64,000 nucleotides of DNA, from IMG/VR virus record IMGVR_UViG_3300013023_000001, positions 1 through 64,000 of that record; one strand, written 5' to 3'. The stretch comes from a virus. Numbering within the stretch: position 1 is the first letter of the stretch; each line of letters begins with the position of its first letter. Both the position numbers and the translations under genes were made by a program. The notes under the pieces were generated by a model that was not told the origin of the DNA, ran no database searches, and saw only the letters and a list, made by a program, of their open reading frames with translations. Below, piece by piece: positions 7,064 to 16,034 of the stretch.

Positions 7064-8575
7064 ATGTCTAAAACAGATTTAACACAATCAATTGAACTAG
7101 CTTTAAGAACAATGAATAAAGAGGATAAAGCTGAGTTGCTTCGTATGCTACAGGAAAAAGAAAACCTGAGAAAGTATAATAAGATGAATTACTTCAAAGC
7201 ATATGATTTCCAAAAAAGATTCTATGGTGCTAGCAAAGACTATCGCTTTAGGTTTCTCTGTGCAGCTAACCGTGTCGGGAAATCCTACAGTGAAGCATAC
7301 GAAATGGCATGTCATTTAACCGGAAGGTATCCAACTTGGTGGGAAGGTTATAGGTATAATAAACCCATCCTAGCTTGGGCAGTTGGTATCACAGGTGACT
7401 CAACAAGAAAGGTTCTGCAAAAAGAATTGTTCGGTACACCAGTGGCTAAAGATTTGGGAGCACTAGGAACTGGAGCTATCCCGCGTGACTGTATCGACTT
7501 TGACACTATAGAGAAAGATGGTAACAAGATTCTAATTGTACAGATTAAACATCACAACGCGAGAGGCGAATTTGATGGTATGAGTACGTTAGAATTCCGT
7601 TCTACTCAACAGGGTGAACATGCTCTAATGGGTGCGACAGTAGATTTCATTTGGCTAGACGAAGAAGATCCATATGACAGCATGAATATTTTTTCTCAGT
7701 GCGTTACCCGTACCCTAACGACAAGAGGTTTAGTGGTGTTAACGGCTACACCGGAAAACGGACGTACTGAATTGGTAGATAAGTTCATGGTCAATAAAGA
7801 GGGTGATCTATATTGGCAAAATGCTACTTGGTGGGATGCACCGCATATCACTGAGGAAGATATTAAAAACATGTTAGCTGCTATTCCTGACTGGCAAGTT
7901 CAGATGCGTTCAAGAGGCGAACCAGTAATGGGTAGTGGATTAATTTATGACGTATCAGATGAACAGATTCGTTGTGACTCGTTCCCGATCCCTGATCACT
8001 GGAGAAGAGTTGCTGGTGTTGACATCGGTATTACTCACGATACAGCAGTTGTTTGGTCAGCTTATGATCCTGACGGTGATGTTATTTATGTTTATGACGC
8101 ATATCACGCAGATGGTGGAGTACCAGCCTTACACGCACACGCAATAAACGCGAGAGGTAATTGGATACCTGTTGTTCTGCCGCATGATAGTCAGAATATG
8201 GAGCGTGGAAGCGGCATGTCCGTAGCCCAATATTACATTAATGCAGGTGTTAATGCGAAACATGAAACCTTCTATAACAAAATTGGAATGGATGGTAAGA
8301 AGAACAACTTTGTAGAGCCGGGGATTATGGAGATTCGTGAGCGTATGAAGACAGGACGATTCAAAGTCTTTAATCATTGTCACAGAATCTTTGAAGAGAA
8401 GGCTCGCTATCATCGTAATGAAGGTAAGATTGTTAAGACCTTCGATGATACTATGGATGCCATGAGATATTCAGCTATGTCTGTTACTCATCGTGGTGTT
8501 TCTAAGAACGATGCGAACCACGGTTACACTTCGGCGTACAACGATAATATCAGTCGCTGGAATAGTAGCTATTAA
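7064..8575 (+). CDS. terL: terminase large subunit
   Basis: Walker A-like AANRVGKS and Walker B FIWLDEED. RNaseH-like nuclease motifs GVDIGITHD and DDTMDAMRY. 503 aa. Confidence 0.9.
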   Translation: MSKTDLTQSIELALRTMNKEDKAELLRMLQEKENLRKYNKMNYFKAYDFQKRFYGASKDYRFRFLCAANRVGKSYSEAYEMACHLTGRYPTWWEGYRYNKPILAWAVGITGDSTRKVLQKELFGTPVAKDLGALGTGAIPRDCIDFDTIEKDGNKILIVQIKHHNARGEFDGMSTLEFRSTQQGEHALMGATVDFIWLDEEDPYDSMNIFSQCVTRTLTTRGLVVLTATPENGRTELVDKFMVNKEGDLYWQNATWWDAPHITEEDIKNMLAAIPDWQVQMRSRGEPVMGSGLIYDVSDEQIRCDSFPIPDHWRRVAGVDIGITHDTAVVWSAYDPDGDVIYVYDAYHADGGVPALHAHAINARGNWIPVVLPHDSQNMERGSGMSVAQYYINAGVNAKHETFYNKIGMDGKKNNFVEPGIMEIRERMKTGRFKVFNHCHRIFEEKARYHRNEGKIVKTFDDTMDAMRYSAMSVTHRGVSKNDANHGYTSAYNDNISRWNSSY

Positions 8576-8722
8576 TTTTAGAGGGGAGGATTGTTATGGC
8601 AAATATAGCCTGTACAAGTAATCCCCTTTCTTTTCGGTAGGGAATAAGAGACGGCACTCTCCCTGCGACGCTGAAAAATGCAAGCCATCGAACAAATATA
8701 TTTTATATAAGGAGAAGTGTGA

Positions 8723-10960
8723 ATGAGTCTTGTACTTACGGAAGACCAAAAGGGCGAGTTGAAAGTTGTCTTAGATAGACACCGCAACTATGCACAAGAT
8801 TACATGAACACAGCGATGACCGGTTACGCCCGTGAAGCGTGGGAATATTACTATGGAAACCTTCCTGCTGCTGTAACGGCTGGCGGTTCTAAGTATGTTG
8901 ACCGCACTGTATGGGAAACTGTAAACGGTACACTCCAAGACTTACTTAATGTTTTCACCACAGGTGAGGATGCTGTAGTTTTTGCCAGCGTAGACGAGAG
9001 AGATAGCGACGCAGCTAAGATTGCAACACAGACAGTAAACCAAATCTTACTCAGAGATAACGATGGGTATAATATTTTACAATCTGCGTTGAAAGAGTGC
9101 TTAGTCACTCGTAACTCTTTTATCAAACGTTATTGGGATGTTGAATCTAAATCGATGACTGAATCGGTTGAAGGTGTAAACCCGCAAGAACTTAATGCTT
9201 ATATTAAAGGTCTTGAAGATGCTGGTGTTCGTGACATTGATGCTACTATTTTAGTAGATGAAGAAGAACATCCAGAAGGTTTGGTAGATGCGACAATCAG
9301 CTACGTCCTAGATGTAAAGCATGTTCGTGTAGAATATACACCAATTGAAGAAATCCTAATTGATGAATATGCAACAAGCATCCAAGATGCAACATATTTT
9401 TGTCATCGTACTCGGAAGTCTAAACGCGAATTACTTGATATGGGATTTCCAGAAGACCAAATCGAGAGTATGAATGAATACTATCCTAATGAAGATACCA
9501 ATAGAACCACTGTTACTTGGGCACGTACTGACTGGCGTGTTGATTTAGATAATGACATTGGCACAGACAGCCAAGACTTAGCAGCGAGGATTTGGGTTTA
9601 TGAACATTATGTACGTACTTCTTCTTTGGACGCACATGAAAATGTTAGGCTTTACCAAGTGTTTGAAGCTGGCAACATTATCTTGGAAGTTAATGAAGTA
9701 AATGATATTCCGTTTGAAACTTTTACACCATATCCAATTCCGGGCGCAATCTTTGGTGAGTCTATTTATGACATTACGAAAGATATTCAAGATCTTCGTA
9801 CAGCTATTATCCGTGGTTATATTGATAACGTCAATAATGCTAACTATGGACGATACACTGCTATCCAAGGTGCTTACGACAGACGCTCTCTGTTGGATAA
9901 CAGACCGGGTGGTGTGGTTGAAATGGAACGAGATGGGGCAGTTAATCTTTTCCCTTACCATAGCCTTCCTAACGGGATTGATCAGTTACTTGGAATGACT
10001 GATGAAGTAAAAGAAGTTCGTACTGGTGTTACTCGTTTAGGTATGGGTATTAACCCTGACGTATTCAAGAATGATAATGCTTATGCAACTGTTGGCTTGA
10101 TGATGAATGCAGCACAGAACCGTATTCGTATGGTCAGCCGTAACATCGCTAATGGTGGTATGACTGGATTAATGAAATCTATCTATAAACTATTCAGAGA
10201 GAATGGTGAGAACCCTCTTACTATCCAAACATCTCGTGGTTTAGTACAGATTAGTCCTAAGCAATTACCTCCTCGTGAGAACATCATTACTAGCGTAGCT
10301 ATTTCTCCAAGCGAGAAGCAGCAACGTGCTCAGAACTTAATGACTATTAAAGCTATGCTTCAACAAGACCAAACACTTGCTCCTCTGTTTACTATGGAAC
10401 AAGACAGATATATGACTTCTGAGATTATGAGTCTGATGGGTGTATCTGATGTGCATAACTATATCATGCCATTAGAACAATATCAGCCACCTCAACCAAG
10501 TCAAGCTGAAATCCTTCAACTGCAACAACTGCAAGGTCAAGTTAATTTACTTAACGCTAACGTTGAGAAGTTACAACATGACGGTATGTTGGCAGAGAAC
10601 AAACTTGCATTCGAACAACAGAAAGCTGCTGATGAAACTCAACAGAAGAATGTTGAACTCCAATACAAGCAAGAAGAATCGGCTGATAGAATGTCTCTTG
10701 AAAACCGTAAGGCAGACAATGAAGCAACTGTTGACCAGATGAAACATAACTTAGCATTGATGCAACAACAAGTTCGTCAGTACGAAGCAACCCTCAAGGA
10801 GCTTGAAATCAACCTGAATGGGCAGCTAGAAGCGCACAAACTTGTACATAGTGCTAACCAGTCATATGAGTCCTTAAGGCTACAGAGCCAGTCTCAGAAG
10901 CAATCAAAAGCATCTAGTAATAAATCTTCGAAAAAAGATGATACTAATGCAGAAGATTGA
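8723..10960 (+). CDS. portal protein
   Basis: 745 aa immediately after terL. Size and gene order are typical of a portal. Long Gln-rich coiled-coil C-terminus. Confidence 0.75.
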   Translation: MSLVLTEDQKGELKVVLDRHRNYAQDYMNTAMTGYAREAWEYYYGNLPAAVTAGGSKYVDRTVWETVNGTLQDLLNVFTTGEDAVVFASVDERDSDAAKIATQTVNQILLRDNDGYNILQSALKECLVTRNSFIKRYWDVESKSMTESVEGVNPQELNAYIKGLEDAGVRDIDATILVDEEEHPEGLVDATISYVLDVKHVRVEYTPIEEILIDEYATSIQDATYFCHRTRKSKRELLDMGFPEDQIESMNEYYPNEDTNRTTVTWARTDWRVDLDNDIGTDSQDLAARIWVYEHYVRTSSLDAHENVRLYQVFEAGNIILEVNEVNDIPFETFTPYPIPGAIFGESIYDITKDIQDLRTAIIRGYIDNVNNANYGRYTAIQGAYDRRSLLDNRPGGVVEMERDGAVNLFPYHSLPNGIDQLLGMTDEVKEVRTGVTRLGMGINPDVFKNDNAYATVGLMMNAAQNRIRMVSRNIANGGMTGLMKSIYKLFRENGENPLTIQTSRGLVQISPKQLPPRENIITSVAISPSEKQQRAQNLMTIKAMLQQDQTLAPLFTMEQDRYMTSEIMSLMGVSDVHNYIMPLEQYQPPQPSQAEILQLQQLQGQVNLLNANVEKLQHDGMLAENKLAFEQQKAADETQQKNVELQYKQEESADRMSLENRKADNEATVDQMKHNLALMQQQVRQYEATLKELEINLNGQLEAHKLVHSANQSYESLRLQSQSQKQSKASSNKSSKKDDTNAED

Positions 10961-10983
10961 TGAATGAATAAGGAGTATAAAAT

Positions 10984-11202
10984 TTGAAACATGAACAAAA
11001 GGCGGCTTTGGCCGCCATTGATTCTAACGGAAGTCTTTCAGCAGCATTAGAGGCATTAAAAGAAAAAATCTCTAGGGAGATAGTTATTACTCAACCTCAA
11101 GAGAAAATTAAACGCGAAGACTTGTACACGCAATACCAATTGATTGGCAGGCTAAAAGAGGTCATCAAAGCAGCCATTAATGAAGCTGAGGATAGTAACT
11201 GA
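10984..11202 (+). CDS. hypothetical head-module protein (72 aa)
   Basis: TTG start 8 nt after AAGGAG. Its stop overlaps the next start (ATGA-type coupling). Confidence 0.5.
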   Translation: MKHEQKAALAAIDSNGSLSAALEALKEKISREIVITQPQEKIKREDLYTQYQLIGRLKEVIKAAINEAEDSN

Positions 11203-12266
11203 TGCCACAAGATAATTTTGAAATTTTTATGCAACTCGATGATTTGAAACCATCTTTCGAAAAAGATTTAGAATCTTATCGTGCTAGTAAAGAACCAGAG
11301 GTTGTGATTGAAGAAGAGCCAGAAGAATATGCTGATGACGGTGTAGAAGGTTTTGAATCAATTGATGATAACAACCCGGTCTTCGAAGATGAAGAAGGTT
11401 TTGAAGCTTCTGATGAAGACGAATCAGATGAGACAGAAGATGAAACTGAGGAAAATGAATCTGAGGATGAAACCGAAGAGGAAGAGACCGAAGAAGAGTC
11501 AGAAAGTGATGAGTCTGAGGAATCAGAAGAATATGAAGAAGGTGAAGCTGTTGATGTAGATTACGATACAGTTATTACTCTTCCAGACGGTCGTGAGATG
11601 ACCATTGAAGAACTCTCTACTGGCTACATGAATGGTAATGAACTTACTCAGAAGATTGAAGAGTTTAATACTCGTGCTCAAGAATTTGATTCTCGTGCTT
11701 CTAATCTTAAGAATGTTCTTGACCTAGCCCAGCTTGAAGCTGACAGAGTTATTCAAGACTACGAAGGTTTTGATTGGGATACACTTGCTAAGACAGACCC
11801 ACAGGCTTACGTAGAAAATAACAGATTCCTTGAAAGATACAAGGCACGTAAAAACGAACTCGTACAGGCGCAGCAACGCTTACAGCAGGAAGCTGAAACC
11901 AAAGAGCAAGAAGCGTATCGTGCTCGCAGTGTAGAGTGTGTTCAGGTACTCCAGAAGTCAATTCCTAATTGGGGTGAGAACCTCTATCAAGAACTTTTGC
12001 AATATGCAATTGATATTGGTGCATCTGAGGAAGAGATTCTTAAAGAGAACCGTCCTTCGGTATTCATTGCTTTGCACAAAGCTTATCAGTTTGATAAAGG
12101 TGCTCAGCGTGTAGTAGCGAAGATTAAGAAAGTTGGTGCTCCGAAGAAAGTAATGAAGTCGGGTTCCAAACAAGCCAATACTGGCGATAAAAAAGCAGCC
12201 GCCGCTAAGGCGTTTTCAGAGGGTCGTTTGTCTCATCAAGATGCATTTAATCATCTGTTAGACTAA
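11202..12266 (+). CDS. scaffolding protein
   Basis: Lies between portal and capsid. Has an extreme Asp/Glu tract followed by a long helical region. Confidence 0.65.
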   Translation: MPQDNFEIFMQLDDLKPSFEKDLESYRASKEPEVVIEEEPEEYADDGVEGFESIDDNNPVFEDEEGFEASDEDESDETEDETEENESEDETEEEETEEESESDESEESEEYEEGEAVDVDYDTVITLPDGREMTIEELSTGYMNGNELTQKIEEFNTRAQEFDSRASNLKNVLDLAQLEADRVIQDYEGFDWDTLAKTDPQAYVENNRFLERYKARKNELVQAQQRLQQEAETKEQEAYRARSVECVQVLQKSIPNWGENLYQELLQYAIDIGASEEEILKENRPSVFIALHKAYQFDKGAQRVVAKIKKVGAPKKVMKSGSKQANTGDKKAAAAKAFSEGRLSHQDAFNHLLD

Positions 12267-12305
12267 TGACTAAAAATAAAAGTTATGATAGGAGATAAAT
12301 AATAT

Positions 12306-13238
12306 ATGGCTACTTTAGTATCATATGATCAGAACGGTAAAAAACTGTCGTTCGCAAACTGGATTTCTATGATCTCTCCAGAAGATACCCCATTCGTATC
12401 TATGACTGGTAAAGAGTCTATCAACCAGACCCTGTTCCAATGGCAGACTGATAGTCTTGCTGCTGTGAACGAGAACAACGCTGTTGTTGAAGGTTCGGCT
12501 GCTGTAGACGGTACTCTGGGTTCAACCACTGTACTGAACAACGTAACTCAGATTCTACGTAAGGTTGTTAAAGTTTCTGATACCGCTAACACTCTGGCTA
12601 ACTATGGTCGTGGTCGTGAGTTGATGTATCAGATGGAAAAAGCTGGTAAAGAAATCAAGCGTGACTTGGAAGTGATTCTGCTGTCCGATCAAGCTATGGT
12701 TACTGGTTCTAGCACTGTTGCTCGTAAGACCGCTGGCTTCCAAGCTCTGGTTGCTGCTCTGAATGCAGTTGACCCGGATACTGGTGCAGTAGTTCACAAA
12801 GAAACCGCCGCTTCTGGTGTATTCACCGAGAATGAATTGTTTGATATTACTCTCCAGTTGTACACTGCTGGTTCAGAAGCTGATATCATCATGATTCATC
12901 CTAAGTTTGCAACTCAGTTCGCTGAACTGCAAGAGAAGGGTGGTGCAGGTGGTGCTACTCGTGTTCGTCTGTTCGAGAATACTAAGCAGTTCATCAAGCA
13001 AGTTAACACCATTACTGACCCGCTTGGTCAGACTTATAAAATCGTTGTTAACCGTTGGATGCCAGAAGATGCAATTTACTTCTTCCAAGCTTCTGACTGG
13101 ACTCAGATGGTTCTGCGCGCTCCTAAGCGTACCGAACTGGCTAAAGACGGTTCTTATGAGAAGTGGATGATTGAGATGGAAGTTGGTCTTCGTCACCGCA
13201 ACCCATTCGCATCTGGGATCTTGAAGGTAAAGGCGTAA
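12306..13238 (+). CDS. major capsid protein
   Basis: 310 aa after the scaffold gene, with a GGAG SD. The FQWQTD-containing N-terminal region matches my recollection of podophage major head proteins. A strong terminator follows the Ig extension. Confidence 0.8.
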   Translation: MATLVSYDQNGKKLSFANWISMISPEDTPFVSMTGKESINQTLFQWQTDSLAAVNENNAVVEGSAAVDGTLGSTTVLNNVTQILRKVVKVSDTANTLANYGRGRELMYQMEKAGKEIKRDLEVILLSDQAMVTGSSTVARKTAGFQALVAALNAVDPDTGAVVHKETAASGVFTENELFDITLQLYTAGSEADIIMIHPKFATQFAELQEKGGAGGATRVRLFENTKQFIKQVNTITDPLGQTYKIVVNRWMPEDAIYFFQASDWTQMVLRAPKRTELAKDGSYEKWMIEMEVGLRHRNPFASGILKVKA

Positions 13239-13744
13239 GCGTCCCTACGGGCGTTACGGTAGCTCCAGCAACTAATAACTTGGCTGTTGGTGCTACTCGT
13301 CAGTTAACCGCGACTGTAGCCCCTAGCGACGCACAACAAAGTGTAACATGGTCTACTTCCTCAGCAGCAACTGCAACTGTAGATGCTTCTGGTTTAGTAA
13401 CCGCAGTAGCAAATGGTACAGCTACTATCACGGCAACTTCGACCGTAGACGGAACAATCAAAGGAACTGCAACTGTCACTGTAACTACTCCTGTTAGTGG
13501 TGTGACTGTAGCTCCTACGAGTGCTTCCATCGCAGTTGGTGCAACCCGTCAATTGACTCCGACAGTATCTCCTTCTACTGCATCTAATAAGTCTGTAACT
13601 TACTCAAGTTCAGCAACTGGTGTAGCAACGGTGAATGCTTCTGGTCTGGTGACAGGTGTTGCAGCAGGTACAGCAACTATTACAGTAACAACTGCTGATG
13701 GTGCTAAGACTGCTACTTCTGCAATTACAGTTACTGCCGCATAA
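13229..13744 (+). CDS. two tandem Big_2 Ig-like domains in the -1 frame of the capsid gene (predicted capsid-Ig fusion by frameshifting)
   Basis: The -1 frame is open from 13175. The first Ig domain (VPTGVTVAPATNNLAVGATRQLTATV...) begins upstream of the track's TTG start at 13280, and no SD precedes that TTG. A slippery A_AAG lies at 13229-13232, two codons before the capsid stop. Confidence 0.6.
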   Translation, partial: KGVSVPTGVTVAPATNNLAVGATRQLTATVAPSDAQQSVTWSTSSAATATVDASGLVTAVANGTATITATSTVDGTIKGTATVTVTTPVSGVTVAPTSASIAVGATRQLTPTVSPSTASNKSVTYSSSATGVATVNASGLVTGVAAGTATITVTTADGAKTATSAITVTAA

Positions 13745-13748
13745 TACT

Positions 13749-13779
13749 AGCCCCTTCCAGAAATGGTTGGGGCTTTTTT
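13749..13779 (+). terminator. Rho-independent terminator after capsid/Ig genes
   Basis: AGCCCCTTCCA-GAAA-TGGTTGGGGCT followed by TTTTT. Confidence 0.85.
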
Positions 13780-13849
13780 GCGTTTATAGCACCAGTATAC
13801 TATATCAGACAATGAATATAAACTAGACATTTATCGAGGAGAATCTAAT

Positions 13850-14587
13850 ATGGCGATGCCACTTGTACCCGCACAGATTCGTACTTATGGTGATTTAAAA
13901 AATGCCGTAGCCTTGTGGATTGACCGTGATGATGATGAGTTCGTAAACCAAATTCCTAACTTCATTAACTTCGCTGAAAAAGAAATCTACAGAGCGGTTA
14001 GAATCCCAAGGTTCGAAAGAGAAATCTACCTAAAAATTACTAATGGAATGGCTTATATTCCTACTGACCTGCTTCAAGTTAACTATATTATGAAAGCAGA
14101 AACTGGTCAAGTATTCAGAGTAACTTCTCTTGAAGAGCTTGATTGGCTTAGACGTGGTAAAACCACACACGGTACACAGTTTAATGAGAGTGAGATTGTT
14201 TGGGCTAAGAGTACAGGTAGATTCTACTTCTATCCTCCACTCAATGCAACAATTCCAGAAGGAACTGAACTGACAGGTAACGAAGTTCTTTGTTCTTATT
14301 ACAGAGATACAGCAGAAATGACTAAAGACTCAGACTCTTGTGCAATTCTTACTATTGCTCCAGAGCTTCTTTTATATACTGCTCTTAAACACGCTTGTCT
14401 GTTTGTTCAGGATGATGCAGGTGTTCAGAAATGGTCGGCATTAGCGTTAGCTTCAATGACTGATATTCAGAAACAAGCTGATAATGCAGAATTCTCTGGA
14501 AGTCCTCTTGTTATACCTAACTCATATGACATGCTTGGTAGACGTTCTGCAATGTCTATTAACTATGGCGTAGATTATAATAGTTAA
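13850..14587 (+). CDS. virion protein, putative head-tail adaptor
   Basis: First gene after the capsid terminator. The N-terminal LKNAVALWIDRDDDEFVNQIPNFINFAEKEIYR pattern is common in podophage adaptor-type proteins (recollection). Confidence 0.4.
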   Translation: MAMPLVPAQIRTYGDLKNAVALWIDRDDDEFVNQIPNFINFAEKEIYRAVRIPRFEREIYLKITNGMAYIPTDLLQVNYIMKAETGQVFRVTSLEELDWLRRGKTTHGTQFNESEIVWAKSTGRFYFYPPLNATIPEGTELTGNEVLCSYYRDTAEMTKDSDSCAILTIAPELLLYTALKHACLFVQDDAGVQKWSALALASMTDIQKQADNAEFSGSPLVIPNSYDMLGRRSAMSINYGVDYNS

Positions 14588-14599
14588 AGGAGAATTTTA

Positions 14600-16033
14600 A
14601 TGGCAACTCCAGATAGAGGTTTAAGAGATAAAGCTCTAAACATTATCAATAACGTGGGTAACTATGGCCCATTGGATGCAACAATTGATTCCTATAAACA
14701 GGCAGCAGATTATGCAGACGATGCTAGAAAATATGCTGAGTTAGCTTTATCTGGAGTATCTGATTTAGAGACTCAAATAGAGAAAGTTACAGAACTGGCT
14801 ACAACCGTAGATAGTTTAGAAGTTAAAGTAGAAGCCTCTTTTAATAAAGTAACTTCTTTAGATGTCGATGCTGTTGATGGTAGTTCTGCTTCTGCCGTTT
14901 ATGATAAAGATGCAAATAAAATTCATTTTACTTTACCAAAAGGTGCAGATGGTAAGGATGGTACAAATGGAGAAGATGGTAAATCTGCTTATCAATCTTA
15001 TTTGGACACTACTACAGATAACCCTAAGAAGACTGAATCTGAATGGATTGCTAGTTTAAAAGGGAAAGATGGTGTTGATGGAAAAGACGGTAAAGATGGG
15101 GCGAACGGAACTAATGGTTCTGACGGACGTTCTGCATATGAACTAGCTGTTATCGGTGGATACACTGGAACACTAGAAGATTTTAATAATCTCAATACTA
15201 AATCTCTTGATAAGAATCAGAATTTATCTGATCTGACTAATGTTGCTTCTGCTAGATCTAGTCTTGATGTCTATAGTAAGGAAGAAGTGGACTCAGATAT
15301 TACTAATTTAAATTCTAGTATACAAACAAGTTTATCCGGTAAAGCAGCTAAAGGAGCTAACACTGATATAACTGCTTTGAGCGGTCTTACTGTTGCATTA
15401 TCTGTAGCTCAGGGAGGTACGGGAGGTAAAACTGCTGCTGATGCAAGGACTGGATTATCTGCTGCTAAGTCTGGAGCTAATTCAGATATTACATCTTTAT
15501 CTGGTCTAACTACCCCTTTAAGTATCTCTCAAGGTGGTACTGGATCTTCTACAGCATCGGATGCCAGAAATAATCTAGGTTTAGGATCAGTAGCAACCGA
15601 GTCTGTAGTACCAGTAAGTAAAGGTGGTACTGGTGCTTCTACAGCTACAGAAGCTAGAGATAATATAGGTGCAGCCTCTTCTGTACTTTTAAAATCTTTG
15701 TCTGATTTAGTTTCATCTATTTATATCTCTAAAACTCCATCAGGATATTTAAGAATACCGGGAAATGAATCTGTTCCTTCTGGTTTTCTTTTACAATGGG
15801 GAGTTTCAGCGGGCGATACTACAGTTTATTTTCCTACTGAATTTCAAATCGGATGCTTTGGAATCTCTGGGACTGTGCAAGCTTCTTTAGCTAATTATCT
15901 GTTTACTTTTATGTATGATAATTTAACTTCTGGAAGTTTTAATGCTCATCCTAGATTTTTAAATAATACAGCAAACCCTCCAATAATAGGTACTCCATCA
16001 GAGTCTTATACTTGGATTGCATGGGGAGTATAA
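14600..16033 (+). CDS. tail fibre protein with collagen-like repeats
   Basis: GXY runs (GKDGTNGEDGKS; GKDGVDGKDGKDGANGTNGSDGRS). Three fibre repeats of the form GANxDITxLSGLT...QGGTG...ARxNLG. N-terminal YKQAADYADDAR anchor motif. Confidence 0.8.
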   Translation: MATPDRGLRDKALNIINNVGNYGPLDATIDSYKQAADYADDARKYAELALSGVSDLETQIEKVTELATTVDSLEVKVEASFNKVTSLDVDAVDGSSASAVYDKDANKIHFTLPKGADGKDGTNGEDGKSAYQSYLDTTTDNPKKTESEWIASLKGKDGVDGKDGKDGANGTNGSDGRSAYELAVIGGYTGTLEDFNNLNTKSLDKNQNLSDLTNVASARSSLDVYSKEEVDSDITNLNSSIQTSLSGKAAKGANTDITALSGLTVALSVAQGGTGGKTAADARTGLSAAKSGANSDITSLSGLTTPLSISQGGTGSSTASDARNNLGLGSVATESVVPVSKGGTGASTATEARDNIGAASSVLLKSLSDLVSSIYISKTPSGYLRIPGNESVPSGFLLQWGVSAGDTTVYFPTEFQIGCFGISGTVQASLANYLFTFMYDNLTSGSFNAHPRFLNNTANPPIIGTPSESYTWIAWGV

Positions 16034-16034
16034 A

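Noticed and set aside
13280-13744. Independent 154-aa Ig-domain protein starting at TTG 13280, as given in the ORF track.
   Set aside because: The first Big_2 domain clearly starts upstream of 13280 in the same frame (VPTGVTVAPATNN...). No Shine-Dalgarno precedes the TTG. A frameshift fusion to the capsid gene explains the layout better.
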